The translations under genes were made by a program, and so were the position numbers. Of a stretch of 51,071 nt of DNA, positions 29,530-36,918 are shown piece by piece (positions within the stretch are counted from its first letter, which is position 1; the number at the start of each line of letters is the position of its first letter). This DNA is from Nitrospirota bacterium (lineage in GTDB: Bacteria > Nitrospirota > Thermodesulfovibrionia > Thermodesulfovibrionales > JdFR-85). The stretch covers positions 1 through 51,071 of the forward strand of contig WGEZ01000114.1 in the NCBI GenBank assembly GCA_015492515.1, given 5' to 3'. The notes under the pieces were generated by a model. It saw nothing but the letters and a program-made list of their open reading frames with translations. It did not search any database and was not told the origin of the DNA.

Positions 29530-30218
29530 GGCCTCGGCCTGCAGAACTCCTTCCCCACCTTCACAAACAGTGCATGGTACTCGTTGAAGAGCTCCGGATC
29601 ACGGGGGAGACAGCGGTGGAAGAGGTCCTGGAAACTACCGTAGCCCGCCGAGTGGTCCATGATCCCGTGCCTGGAGAGCACCCGCTTTGTGTAGGCGTCT
29701 ATCACGAAGACCGGTCTTGATAGGGCGTAGAGGAGGATGGAGTCCGCAGTCTCCGGGCCGATCCCCTTCAGAGCGAGGAGTTCCTCCCGGAGGGTCTGTG
29801 TGTCGGTCCTCTTCATCCTTGAGACCCTTCCCGAGTAACGGCTGATGAAGAACCCGACGAAGGACTTCAGTCTCTCCGCCTTGACGTTGAAGTAACCGGC
29901 CGGCCGGATCAGCTCCGCCAGCTCCCGGCGGGCCATCCCGTGTATGGCCTCGGGGCTGAGGGCGCCGGCACTCTTCAGGTTGTTGATCGCCTTCTCCACG
30001 TTCGCCCAGTTCGTGTTCTGCGTCAGTATCGCCCCCACCATCACCTCGAAGGGACCCTCGGCAGGCCACCAGTGCTGGGGGCCGAAGTGCTTATGGAGCA
30101 TACGGTAGATCCTGAGCAGGTCCTTCCCGCGGCCACGATGATTCACCGAAGTCTTCCCTCTCGGGCATGAAATATCCTCGTCGAAGGGGTCTCCCGGGAC
30201 CGACGGGCCTTCATTCAC
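29475..30218 (-). CDS. Endonuclease III-related HhH-GPD superfamily protein (COG2231-like)
   Basis: 247 aa. HWWPAEGPFEVMVGAILTQNTNWANVEKAI, HhH motif LLALKGIGPETADSILLYA, C-terminal CRPRPQCEGCPL. Start uncertain. The 3' end overlaps the convergent small ORF by 55 nt. Confidence 0.75.
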   Translation of the reverse strand: MNEGPSVPGDPFDEDISCPRGKTSVNHRGRGKDLLRIYRMLHKHFGPQHWWPAEGPFEVMVGAILTQNTNWANVEKAINNLKSAGALSPEAIHGMARRELAELIRPAGYFNVKAERLKSFVGFFISRYSGRVSRMKRTDTQTLREELLALKGIGPETADSILLYALSRPVFVIDAYTKRVLSRHGIMDHSAGYGSFQDLFHRCLPRDPELFNEYHALFVKVGKEFCRPRPQCEGCPLSPLLSHSTTA

Positions 30219-31230
30219 CGTCGGGAACCACCACCACCTTCAAGGACTCCCTTGCTTCCGAGGCGATCTTGAACCCTCTCTGGATATCGGAGAGCGGCAC
30301 CCTGTGGGTGATCATCCCTCCGGCATCCACGGCGCCCGCCTTTATCAGTTCCAGGGCCTCGTGGAGGTCCTCAGGCGCCGCACCGTAGGAGAAGGTCACT
30401 GTCACCTCATCCCTCCAGAACCTCGCCGAGGGGAGGCTGATCTCCTCCTCGGGGACCGCAAAGAAGAGTATCCAGCCCCTCCGGTCCACTGATGAGACGG
30501 CGTCGCTGACCGCCTGCTCCGCACCGGCGCAGAGGATGACCCTCTCGGCGAGCCTGCCGTCGTTCACCTCCTTCAGCCTCTCCGGGGAGTAATCAACGGC
30601 GTTCATCACGTGATCCGCTCCGAGCCTGAGTGCTCTGTCCAGTTTGTACCCGTTGATATCGGTGGCCACCACCTTGAGTCCCCTCGACTTTGCCAACTGG
30701 ATGTGAAGCAGTCCGGAGACGCCCGAGCCTATCACCAGGACGGTCTGCCCCTCCCGGAGGGCCAGCCGTTTCTGGCCCTCTATAACGCACCCCAGGGGCT
30801 CGATCATCGTGGCCTCCTCGTAGGTCATCCCCTCGGGCAGCGGGAGGGTCCCGTGTCTGACGTTCTCCCGGGGGACCCTTATGTATTCCGAGAACCCGCC
30901 GGGGTCGTAGTTCCCCTTGTGGAGCGCCTCGCAGGCCGTGTGCTCACCCCTTCTGCAGTAGCGGCAGCTGTAGCAGGGGACGTGGTGGGATACGAAGACC
31001 CTGTCGCCCCTGTTGAACCTCTCCACCCCTCTGCCCAGTGACGCTATCTCGCCGGCCATCTCATGACCCAGCACCCGCGGGGCCTTTCTCCGTCTGTACC
31101 ACTGCATCAGGTCGGTGCCGCATATCCCGGAGGCCTTCATCCTGACCAGTATCTCGCCCTCTCCTATCTCCGGGACGGGACGCTCCTCGACCCTGACGTC
31201 ATCGGTGCTGTAGTACACGCCGACCTTCAT
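30211..31230 (-). CDS. Zinc-dependent medium-chain dehydrogenase (threonine/sorbitol dehydrogenase-like)
   Basis: MKVGVYYSTDDVRVEERPVP...GICGTDL...GHEMAGEI...CYSCRYCRRGEHTAC...VIGSGVSG. An alternative upstream ATG at 31311 forms an ATGA overlap with the aldolase stop but adds 27 low-complexity residues. Confidence 0.85.
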   Translation of the reverse strand: MKVGVYYSTDDVRVEERPVPEIGEGEILVRMKASGICGTDLMQWYRRRKAPRVLGHEMAGEIASLGRGVERFNRGDRVFVSHHVPCYSCRYCRRGEHTACEALHKGNYDPGGFSEYIRVPRENVRHGTLPLPEGMTYEEATMIEPLGCVIEGQKRLALREGQTVLVIGSGVSGLLHIQLAKSRGLKVVATDINGYKLDRALRLGADHVMNAVDYSPERLKEVNDGRLAERVILCAGAEQAVSDAVSSVDRRGWILFFAVPEEEISLPSARFWRDEVTVTFSYGAAPEDLHEALELIKAGAVDAGGMITHRVPLSDIQRGFKIASEARESLKVVVVPDGE

Positions 31231-31307
31231 CCGGTCAGAAGGTCGGCGTTCTGCCCGGGCCGGAGCACCTACGGCTTCCCGGCCTGCTCCGGGTACGCAG
31301 CCCGGCG

Positions 31308-32081
31308 TCATCCCTTTGAATAGATCTCAAAGGCCTCCTCTGCAGATGCACCATCGTGGACGACCGCCCTCACGGCCTTTATCATCCCCACCGGCTTGTC
31401 GCTCTGGAAGATGTTTCTCCCCATGTCCACGCCCGATGCGCCCTCTTTGACGGCCTTCTCCGTCATCTTCAGGGCATCCATCTCGGGTATCTTCTTTCCT
31501 CCCGCCATGACGATGGGCACGGGGCAACCCTCCACCACCTTGTAGAAGTCCTCGCAGTAGTATGTCTTGACGAAATGTGCGCCCATCTCTGCGGCGATCC
31601 TGCAGGCGAGGCCGAGGTAGCGGGCATCCCTCGCCATCTCCCGTCCGACCGCTGTTACGGCCAGCACGGGCATCCCGTACCGCTCGGCCTCGTTCACGAG
31701 CCTGCCGAGGTTCGATATGGTCCTGTCCTCGTTGTCTGCACCCACGAAGATGGATAGACCCACTCCTGATGCATTGAGCCTCAGGGCCTCCTCCATGGAG
31801 GTCGTGATATCCTCGTTGGACAGCTCGCCGAGTATGCTCGGCCCGCCCGAGACCCTCAGGCATATCGGCACGTCTGCATCGGGATCGATGCAGTTCCTCA
31901 CCATCCCCCGCGTTATGAAGAGGCAGTCCGCATGGAGGACGAGGGGTGTGACGGTCTTCCTCAGGTCCCTCAGCCCGGTTGTGGGGCCCTGGAAGTATCC
32001 ATGATCTACTGCAAGCATGACGGTCTTGCCCGACCGGGGCTTGATGATCCTCGACAGCCTGTTTTTCATTCCGTAATCCAT
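31308..32081 (-). CDS. DhnA/FbaB/LsrF-type class I aldolase family protein
   Basis: 257 aa. VMLAVDHGYFQGPTTGL, AHFVKTYY (Schiff-base Lys context as I recall it for LsrF/FbaB), PIVMAGGKK, GASGVDMGRNIFQ. Strong SD GGAGGAGG. Confidence 0.85.
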   Translation of the reverse strand: MDYGMKNRLSRIIKPRSGKTVMLAVDHGYFQGPTTGLRDLRKTVTPLVLHADCLFITRGMVRNCIDPDADVPICLRVSGGPSILGELSNEDITTSMEEALRLNASGVGLSIFVGADNEDRTISNLGRLVNEAERYGMPVLAVTAVGREMARDARYLGLACRIAAEMGAHFVKTYYCEDFYKVVEGCPVPIVMAGGKKIPEMDALKMTEKAVKEGASGVDMGRNIFQSDKPVGMIKAVRAVVHDGASAEEAFEIYSKG

Positions 32082-32149
32082 GAGAACCTCCTCCCTCTAT
32101 CCCGGTTTTTTTCCGTGGACAGTATTTATGAACAGTACGGCTGCTTGAA

Positions 32150-32179
32150 AGTATATGAAAAGCATCGGAGGGCTGTCAA
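32150..32179 (-). promoter_or_regulatory. Sigma70-type promoter of the aldolase-dehydrogenase pair
   Basis: Minus-strand reading TTGACA (32179..32174), 18 nt spacer, TATACT (32155..32150). About 65 nt of 5' UTR ending in GGAGGAGG. Confidence 0.45.
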
Positions 32180-32404
32180 ATACCCCGGGGATGCCGATGC
32201 CCCCGGAAGACCGCTGGCAGGGACACCGAACCGGTTGGAACGCCTGAGTACCGGTGCAACCCTGACAAAAACAGAACGTCTCTCCTTTCCGGCCCTCCGT
32301 GCCTGTCTCCACGACGGGACCCGGTGCCGAAGACCCGCTAACCGTTTCCGGTCTCCTCCCGCTGCCTCTGTGGGTAGAAGGCCCCGACCGCCGCCGGGGA
32401 GCAT

Positions 32405-32674
32405 CTACCCCTGGAACTCCCTGTTCATCCTGTAGAGATAGGCCAGGACCTCTGCAACGGCCCTGTAGAGCTCTTCAGGGATCTCCTGGTAGAGATCGAG
32501 GGTGGAGAGCACCTCGACGAGGTTTCTGTCTTCGCGTATCGGTACGCCGTGCTCACGGGCGAGGGTGATTATCCTCTCCGCGAGCCAGTCCCTCCCCTTT
32601 GCAACCAGCCTGGGGGCAGGGTCGACGCCGTGGGTGTACCTGAGGGCCGCCGCCTTCTTCTCTCTCCTCTTCAT
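32405..32674 (-). CDS. FlhB C-terminal-subdomain-like protein (YlqH/EscU-YscU-HrcU family fragment)
   Basis: 89 aa. AAALRYTHGVDPAPRLVAKGRDWLAERIITLAREHGVPIREDRNLVEVL corresponds to the FlhB region just after the NPTH autocleavage site. No NPTH and no TM domain. Confidence 0.8.
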   Translation of the reverse strand: MKRREKKAAALRYTHGVDPAPRLVAKGRDWLAERIITLAREHGVPIREDRNLVEVLSTLDLYQEIPEELYRAVAEVLAYLYRMNREFQG

Positions 32675-33837
32675 ATCCTGATATCGAGCCCCTCCGAGGA
32701 CGGAGGCTCGAAGTCCATCCTCTCTTCATGCCTTATGGTGAGGCCGGCGAGGCCGAGACCCGCTGATTCCAACTGCTCCTTGAGCATTCCGGAGCCCCTC
32801 TTCAGAAAGTCGAGGAAGGCGCGGTTTTCCGCCGTGAACCTGACGTGGAACCGTCCCGACTGCATCAGCAGAGAGGCCGAGACCCTCCCCGTCCCCTCCA
32901 GGTCGAGGTTGATGAAGCAGTGGAACTCCCCTTGACACCGGTCCCTGGAGGCCCTCCTGAAGACCAGCTCACCGTCCTTCAGCTCCCTCCAGAGGAAGGG
33001 GAGGAAGGTCTGGAGGGTCTCGTTGAGCCTTGACTGCAGCTGGTGATACTCGATCTTTCCGAGGAGCTTCTCTATGACCCTGACCAGCTCATCCGCTCTG
33101 ACGTCGTTGCCCTTCAACCGCGCGGTAACTCCGGGATCATTGAGGGCCTCCTTCGCCCTGAGGAGCATCCCCTTCAGGTCACCCCTGACGGCCTGTGAGA
33201 CCTCTCTCTTCAGGAGCCCGGCCTCCCCCTTGATGCCCTTCCGGGCCGCACCGGCTCTTCCCGGCTCCTCCCTCGACGGTCCGTCAGGACCGCTCCGTTC
33301 CGGGGTGTCGGCCCTTGAGTGCCTGAGGATCAGCAGGCGGAGCTTCGTCTCGAACAGGACACCCGAGGACTCCACGAGCCCCCTCATGGTGCCCCCCTGT
33401 ACCGTCTCGGGCAGGAACCCCCTGAGGGCCGCCACCTCGGGCAGCCTCTCCCTTAGAGGGACCGGGAGCCGGTCGAGGAAGGACCTCAACGCCGCCAGAT
33501 CTCCCCCTGTGCCGAGCCTCGCTCCCCTGAGGCCTCTGAGTGCTTCGAGGACGGCCCGCCTCACCGCCTCGGCACCTTGCTCCGGCCCCGCCAGGAGCCT
33601 CAACCGTATCTCTCGGTCCGTGCCCTCCACCCTGAGAAGCAGCCGCTCGCCCTGCCGGAGCGGGACCTCCGTCCTGGCGGTGAGGACCCTGTTCTTCAGC
33701 CTGATCGAGACGGTCCCCCCGGCAGGGAGGTTCAGGACCTCCCCCTCGAGGACCTCTCCGATCTTGAGCGACAGGGGGGCCCTTCCCTGTATGAGGAGCC
33801 TGAAGCCACCTGCCCTCGGAACCGTCGGGCCGTCCAT
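32671..33837 (-). CDS. FliK-like hook-length control domain protein
   Basis: 388 aa. C-terminal Flg_hook-like block FHCFINLDLEGTGRVSASLLMQSGRFHVRFTAENRAFLDFLKRGSGMLKEQLESAGLGL. 4-nt overlap with the flhB-like gene. Confidence 0.65.
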   Translation of the reverse strand: MDGPTVPRAGGFRLLIQGRAPLSLKIGEVLEGEVLNLPAGGTVSIRLKNRVLTARTEVPLRQGERLLLRVEGTDREIRLRLLAGPEQGAEAVRRAVLEALRGLRGARLGTGGDLAALRSFLDRLPVPLRERLPEVAALRGFLPETVQGGTMRGLVESSGVLFETKLRLLILRHSRADTPERSGPDGPSREEPGRAGAARKGIKGEAGLLKREVSQAVRGDLKGMLLRAKEALNDPGVTARLKGNDVRADELVRVIEKLLGKIEYHQLQSRLNETLQTFLPFLWRELKDGELVFRRASRDRCQGEFHCFINLDLEGTGRVSASLLMQSGRFHVRFTAENRAFLDFLKRGSGMLKEQLESAGLGLAGLTIRHEERMDFEPPSSEGLDIRI

Positions 33838-33922
33838 CTCGGCCTCCTGCCCCCGGATACGGCTGTATCAAGCGGCGTCCGGGGGGTTCTTGATCTCCAG
33901 GATATTATATCAATGAAGCACG

Positions 33923-34007
33923 CCTCCGGCAAACCTCGGAGGTCCCCGTCTCCTGATCCACCGGAGGAGGTGATCGGCCTCCGGGGCCTGCACTGTTGCC
34001 CCTCCGG
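33923..34007 (+). repeat. Cluster of CCTCCGG / CCGGAGG heptamers forming alternative hairpins upstream of moaC
   Basis: CCTCCGG at 33923, 33978 and 34001; CGGAGG at 33937; CCGGAGG at 33961. Hairpins at 33923..33942 (6 bp) and 33961..33984 (7 bp). The element GGAGGAGGTGATC is complementary to the canonical 16S 3' tail. Confidence 0.6.
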
Positions 34008-34016
34008 CGCCCTCTG

Positions 34017-34025
34017 TGTCATAAT
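34017..34025 (+). promoter_or_regulatory. Extended -10-like element TGtCATAAT 9 nt upstream of the moaC ATG
   Basis: TGTCATAAT at 34017..34025. There is no SD between it and ATG 34035. Confidence 0.3.
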
Positions 34026-34034
34026 GGGTTGGTC

Positions 34035-34517
34035 ATGTCCGAACTCTCACATATAGATGCCGAGGGCAAGGCGAGGATGGTGGATGTCTCCGAGAAGCCC
34101 CCGACACATCGTGAGGCGGTCGCCTGCGGAGCCGTGACGATGAGTCCCGAGACGGTCGTCCTCCTGAAGGAGAGGAGGGTGGCCAAGGGTGATGTCTTCC
34201 AGGTCGCCAGGGTGGCGGGAATAATGGCTGCAAAAAAGACCTCGGAGCTGATACCCCTCTGTCATCCCCTCGGGGTCACCTCGGTCTCCGTCGATTTCAG
34301 CCTCGACGAGGAGGGCAACAGGGTCCTGATCGAGTCGAGGGTGAGGAGCGTGGGCCAGACGGGTGTGGAGATGGAGGCCCTTACCGCGGTGGCTGTTTCG
34401 GCACTGACGATCTATGATATGTGCAAGGCGGTCGACAAGGGGATGACCATATCGGAGATAATGCTCCTTGAGAAGCGCGGCGGCAGAAGCGGGGAGTTCA
34501 GGAGGGAGCGGCCTTAG
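34035..34517 (+). CDS. moaC: Cyclic pyranopterin monophosphate synthase MoaC
   Basis: [28 protein letters not shown]...LIPLCHPL...[26 protein letters not shown]. The start at 34035 matches canonical MoaC N termini; the track ORF starts at a TTG 13 codons upstream. Confidence 0.92.
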   Translation: MSELSHIDAEGKARMVDVSEKPPTHREAVACGAVTMSPETVVLLKERRVAKGDVFQVARVAGIMAAKKTSELIPLCHPLGVTSVSVDFSLDEEGNRVLIESRVRSVGQTGVEMEALTAVAVSALTIYDMCKAVDKGMTISEIMLLEKRGGRSGEFRRERP

Positions 34518-34527
34518 CAGGAAAGGG

Positions 34528-35685
34528 TTGAGGCTCTTCACCGATATCGAGACCGGTATCTTCAGGAGCAGGCCGAACCGGTTCACCGTCGAATGCATCC
34601 TCGGGAGGAGACCCGTCCGGGCATACCTCCCGAACCCCGGCAGATTGTGGGAACTCCTCCTGCCCGGCAGCAGGCTCTATCTTGAGCGGGACGCCTCGGC
34701 CCGAAGACGCACCCGGTACACCGTGCTGGCCGTTGAGAAAGACGGCGCCCCCGTGCTGCTCCATACGCATCTTGCAAACACCGTCGCCCGCTGGCTGGTG
34801 GAGCAGGAGATGGTGCCGGGTCTGACCGGGGCGTCGGTCCTGAGGTCCGAGGTGCCGGTCGGGGACAGCAGGTTCGACCTCCTCCTCCGGAAAGGCCGGA
34901 GGAGGATCGTCCTGGAGGTGAAGTCCTGTACCCTCTTCAGCAACGGGATGGCGATGTTTCCCGACGCCGTCACGCTCCGCGGCAGGAGGCACCTCGAAGG
35001 GCTCGCCAGGCTCTCCGGTGGTGATACGATCGGCGGGGTCCTCTTCCTCGTCCACTCGTCCCGTGTCAGGTATTTCCTCCCCGAGTATCATACCGACCCG
35101 GGGTTTGCCGAGACCCTCTGCTCCCTCAGGGATCGACTATTCATCAAGGCCGTCACCATCGGATGGGACGGAAGCCTCCTGCCCGACCGTAACGTCCGTG
35201 AACTCTCCATCCCCTGGAGGGTGGTCGAGGCGGAGGCCGGTGACAGGGGCAGCTACATCCTGGTGCTCCAGTTGAAGAGGTCGGAGAGGCTCAATGTCGG
35301 CGGCCTCGGGCAGATACGGTTCAGGAGGGGCTATTACCTCTACGTGGGGTCGGCCATGAGGGGGCTCCGGAGGAGGATGGAGAGGCACCGGAGAAGGAGG
35401 AAACGCCTCTTCTGGCACGTGGATCACCTAAGGGGTTATGCGGATCTCCTCAGCGTCCTTCCCGTACGTTCCGCTCAACCCCTCGAGTGCGATATCGCAG
35501 GGGCGCTGGAGGAGGTATCCGACTGGTCGGTCCCGGGGTTCGGTTCCTCCGACTGTTCCTGCCGCAGCCACCTCTTCGGCATGCGCTCCGATCCCCTCGG
35601 CTCTCCGGTCTTCATCAGGACCCTGTTGCGATTCAGGATGGACCGCCTCCAGAGGATGTGTGAGAGGGAGTCCGAGGGGGCTTGA
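34528..35685 (+). CDS. Fusion protein: SfsA-like (PD-(D/E)xK fold) N-terminal domain plus DUF123 (GIY-YIG superfamily) C-terminal domain
   Basis: SfsA part: FRSRPNRFTVECIL...AYLPNPGRL...RFDLLL...IVLEVKSCTL...FPDAVTLRGRRHL. DUF123 part, from about 35248: GSYILVLQL...RRGYYLYVGSAMRGLRRRMERH...WHVDHL. The TTG 34528 start (AGGAAAGGG upstream) avoids overlap with moaC; the track start is 34468. Confidence 0.8.
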   Translation: MRLFTDIETGIFRSRPNRFTVECILGRRPVRAYLPNPGRLWELLLPGSRLYLERDASARRRTRYTVLAVEKDGAPVLLHTHLANTVARWLVEQEMVPGLTGASVLRSEVPVGDSRFDLLLRKGRRRIVLEVKSCTLFSNGMAMFPDAVTLRGRRHLEGLARLSGGDTIGGVLFLVHSSRVRYFLPEYHTDPGFAETLCSLRDRLFIKAVTIGWDGSLLPDRNVRELSIPWRVVEAEAGDRGSYILVLQLKRSERLNVGGLGQIRFRRGYYLYVGSAMRGLRRRMERHRRRRKRLFWHVDHLRGYADLLSVLPVRSAQPLECDIAGALEEVSDWSVPGFGSSDCSCRSHLFGMRSDPLGSPVFIRTLLRFRMDRLQRMCERESEGA

Positions 35686-35820
35686 TAGGGAGGTGTATTC
35701 CCGGCCCGTTTGATATCAGCACCGGGGGTTCACCTCCGGTATCAGAGATTATGGAAAGATCAAAGGGTTCGGTGGAAGGACTTTAACCGGAAGAATTCCT
35801 CGAACCCCTGCACAGTGCCT

Positions 35821-36264
35821 TTAAAGCTCCAGATAATCACGGTGGCTGAACCCCTTGCTGTAGTCGAGCATCCATATTCTCTTCGGCCTTATCTTTATGA
35901 AACGATAATCAGGGTTGGCCGGGAAGGTCTTTATTATTGGATACTTCTCTGAATAGATCCCGAAGACGAAAGGCAATCGGTCTTCCTTTACCGCTTCGGC
36001 CTCACCTTCGATCTGAAGCCCCTTTATCTTCATCCAGTCAGCCTCGTCTTCATCTATGGTCAGCGCCACCCTGGGATTCTTTTCCAGGTTGGCAAACTTC
36101 CTGGACTTCACAGAGGTTATGAAATATAAATCGAATCCATCATTGACATATGCAACCGTGCTCGCGTGCGGTTGTCCCGGATCGTCTGAGTCGATCGTGG
36201 CGAGGTTCGCATAAAGATGCCCTTGCAGATAGGACAGGATCTCCTTTCTGATTTCATCAGACAT
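35821..36264 (-). CDS. Pyridoxamine 5'-phosphate oxidase-like FMN-binding split-barrel protein
   Basis: 147 aa. LATIDSDDPGQPHASTVAYVNDGFDLYFITSVKSRKFANLEKNPRVALTI. Divergent from the HxlR regulator. Confidence 0.8.
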   Translation of the reverse strand: MSDEIRKEILSYLQGHLYANLATIDSDDPGQPHASTVAYVNDGFDLYFITSVKSRKFANLEKNPRVALTIDEDEADWMKIKGLQIEGEAEAVKEDRLPFVFGIYSEKYPIIKTFPANPDYRFIKIRPKRIWMLDYSKGFSHRDYLEL

Positions 36265-36461
36265 GGTGATTACCTCCTGTGGAAAAGATTCTTTCTCTAA
36301 AATTGTTGTTTCAGAACACGCTTAAATATCTCCACACCTCCTTCCCCTTGCCTTCATCAGCCGCTTTCTGTATATTATTACTATTGAAAACTATTTGCAA
36401 GTAGGCACTTTTCCGTAATATACACACTTTTTTGTAAGTAATACGCAATACAGGAGCATCT

Positions 36462-36842
36462 ATGGATAACGAAGGGACGGTTTGTCCCGTTGAGGTAACG
36501 CTATCCCTGCTGGGAAACAAATGGAAGGTGCTTATATTGAGGGAACTGTTCAAAAGGACGAAGAGGTTCGGCGAACTGAGCAGGGCCATTTCCGGGATCA
36601 GTCAAAAGATGCTGACACAGCAACTGAGACAGATGGAGAAGGACGGTCTTATAAACCGGAGGGTTTACGCCGAGGTGCCGCCGCGTGTGGAGTATTCACT
36701 TACGGAGATAGGCAAGAGCCTCAAGCCTGTTCTTGACGCGATGCATAGATGGGGAAGCAGGTACAATGATTTAATATGTGAGGGAAAGCAACTTGCTAAA
36801 AAGGGCCGTAAGCCCTCAGGACAAGGCCGTCAAAAGCATTGA
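36462..36842 (+). CDS. HxlR family transcriptional regulator
   Basis: 126 aa. CPVEVTLSLLGNKWKVLILRELFKRTKRFGELSRAISGISQKMLTQQLRQMEKDGLINRRVY...PPRVEYSLTE. Confidence 0.85.
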   Translation: MDNEGTVCPVEVTLSLLGNKWKVLILRELFKRTKRFGELSRAISGISQKMLTQQLRQMEKDGLINRRVYAEVPPRVEYSLTEIGKSLKPVLDAMHRWGSRYNDLICEGKQLAKKGRKPSGQGRQKH

Positions 36843-36918
36843 AGCATGAATTGCATTGTGTCCGGCAAGGGAGCGTTGCGATAGGGGCCATGTCAGGGAT
36901 GGGGAGGGAAGAGGCGGG

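Noticed and set aside
31231-31311. Longer start (ATG 31311, ATGA overlap with the aldolase stop) for the Zn-dehydrogenase
   Set aside because: It adds 27 residues of Gly/Ala/Arg/Pro-rich sequence before a canonical MKVGVYY... MDR N terminus. Kept as an alternative only; neither start has a good SD.
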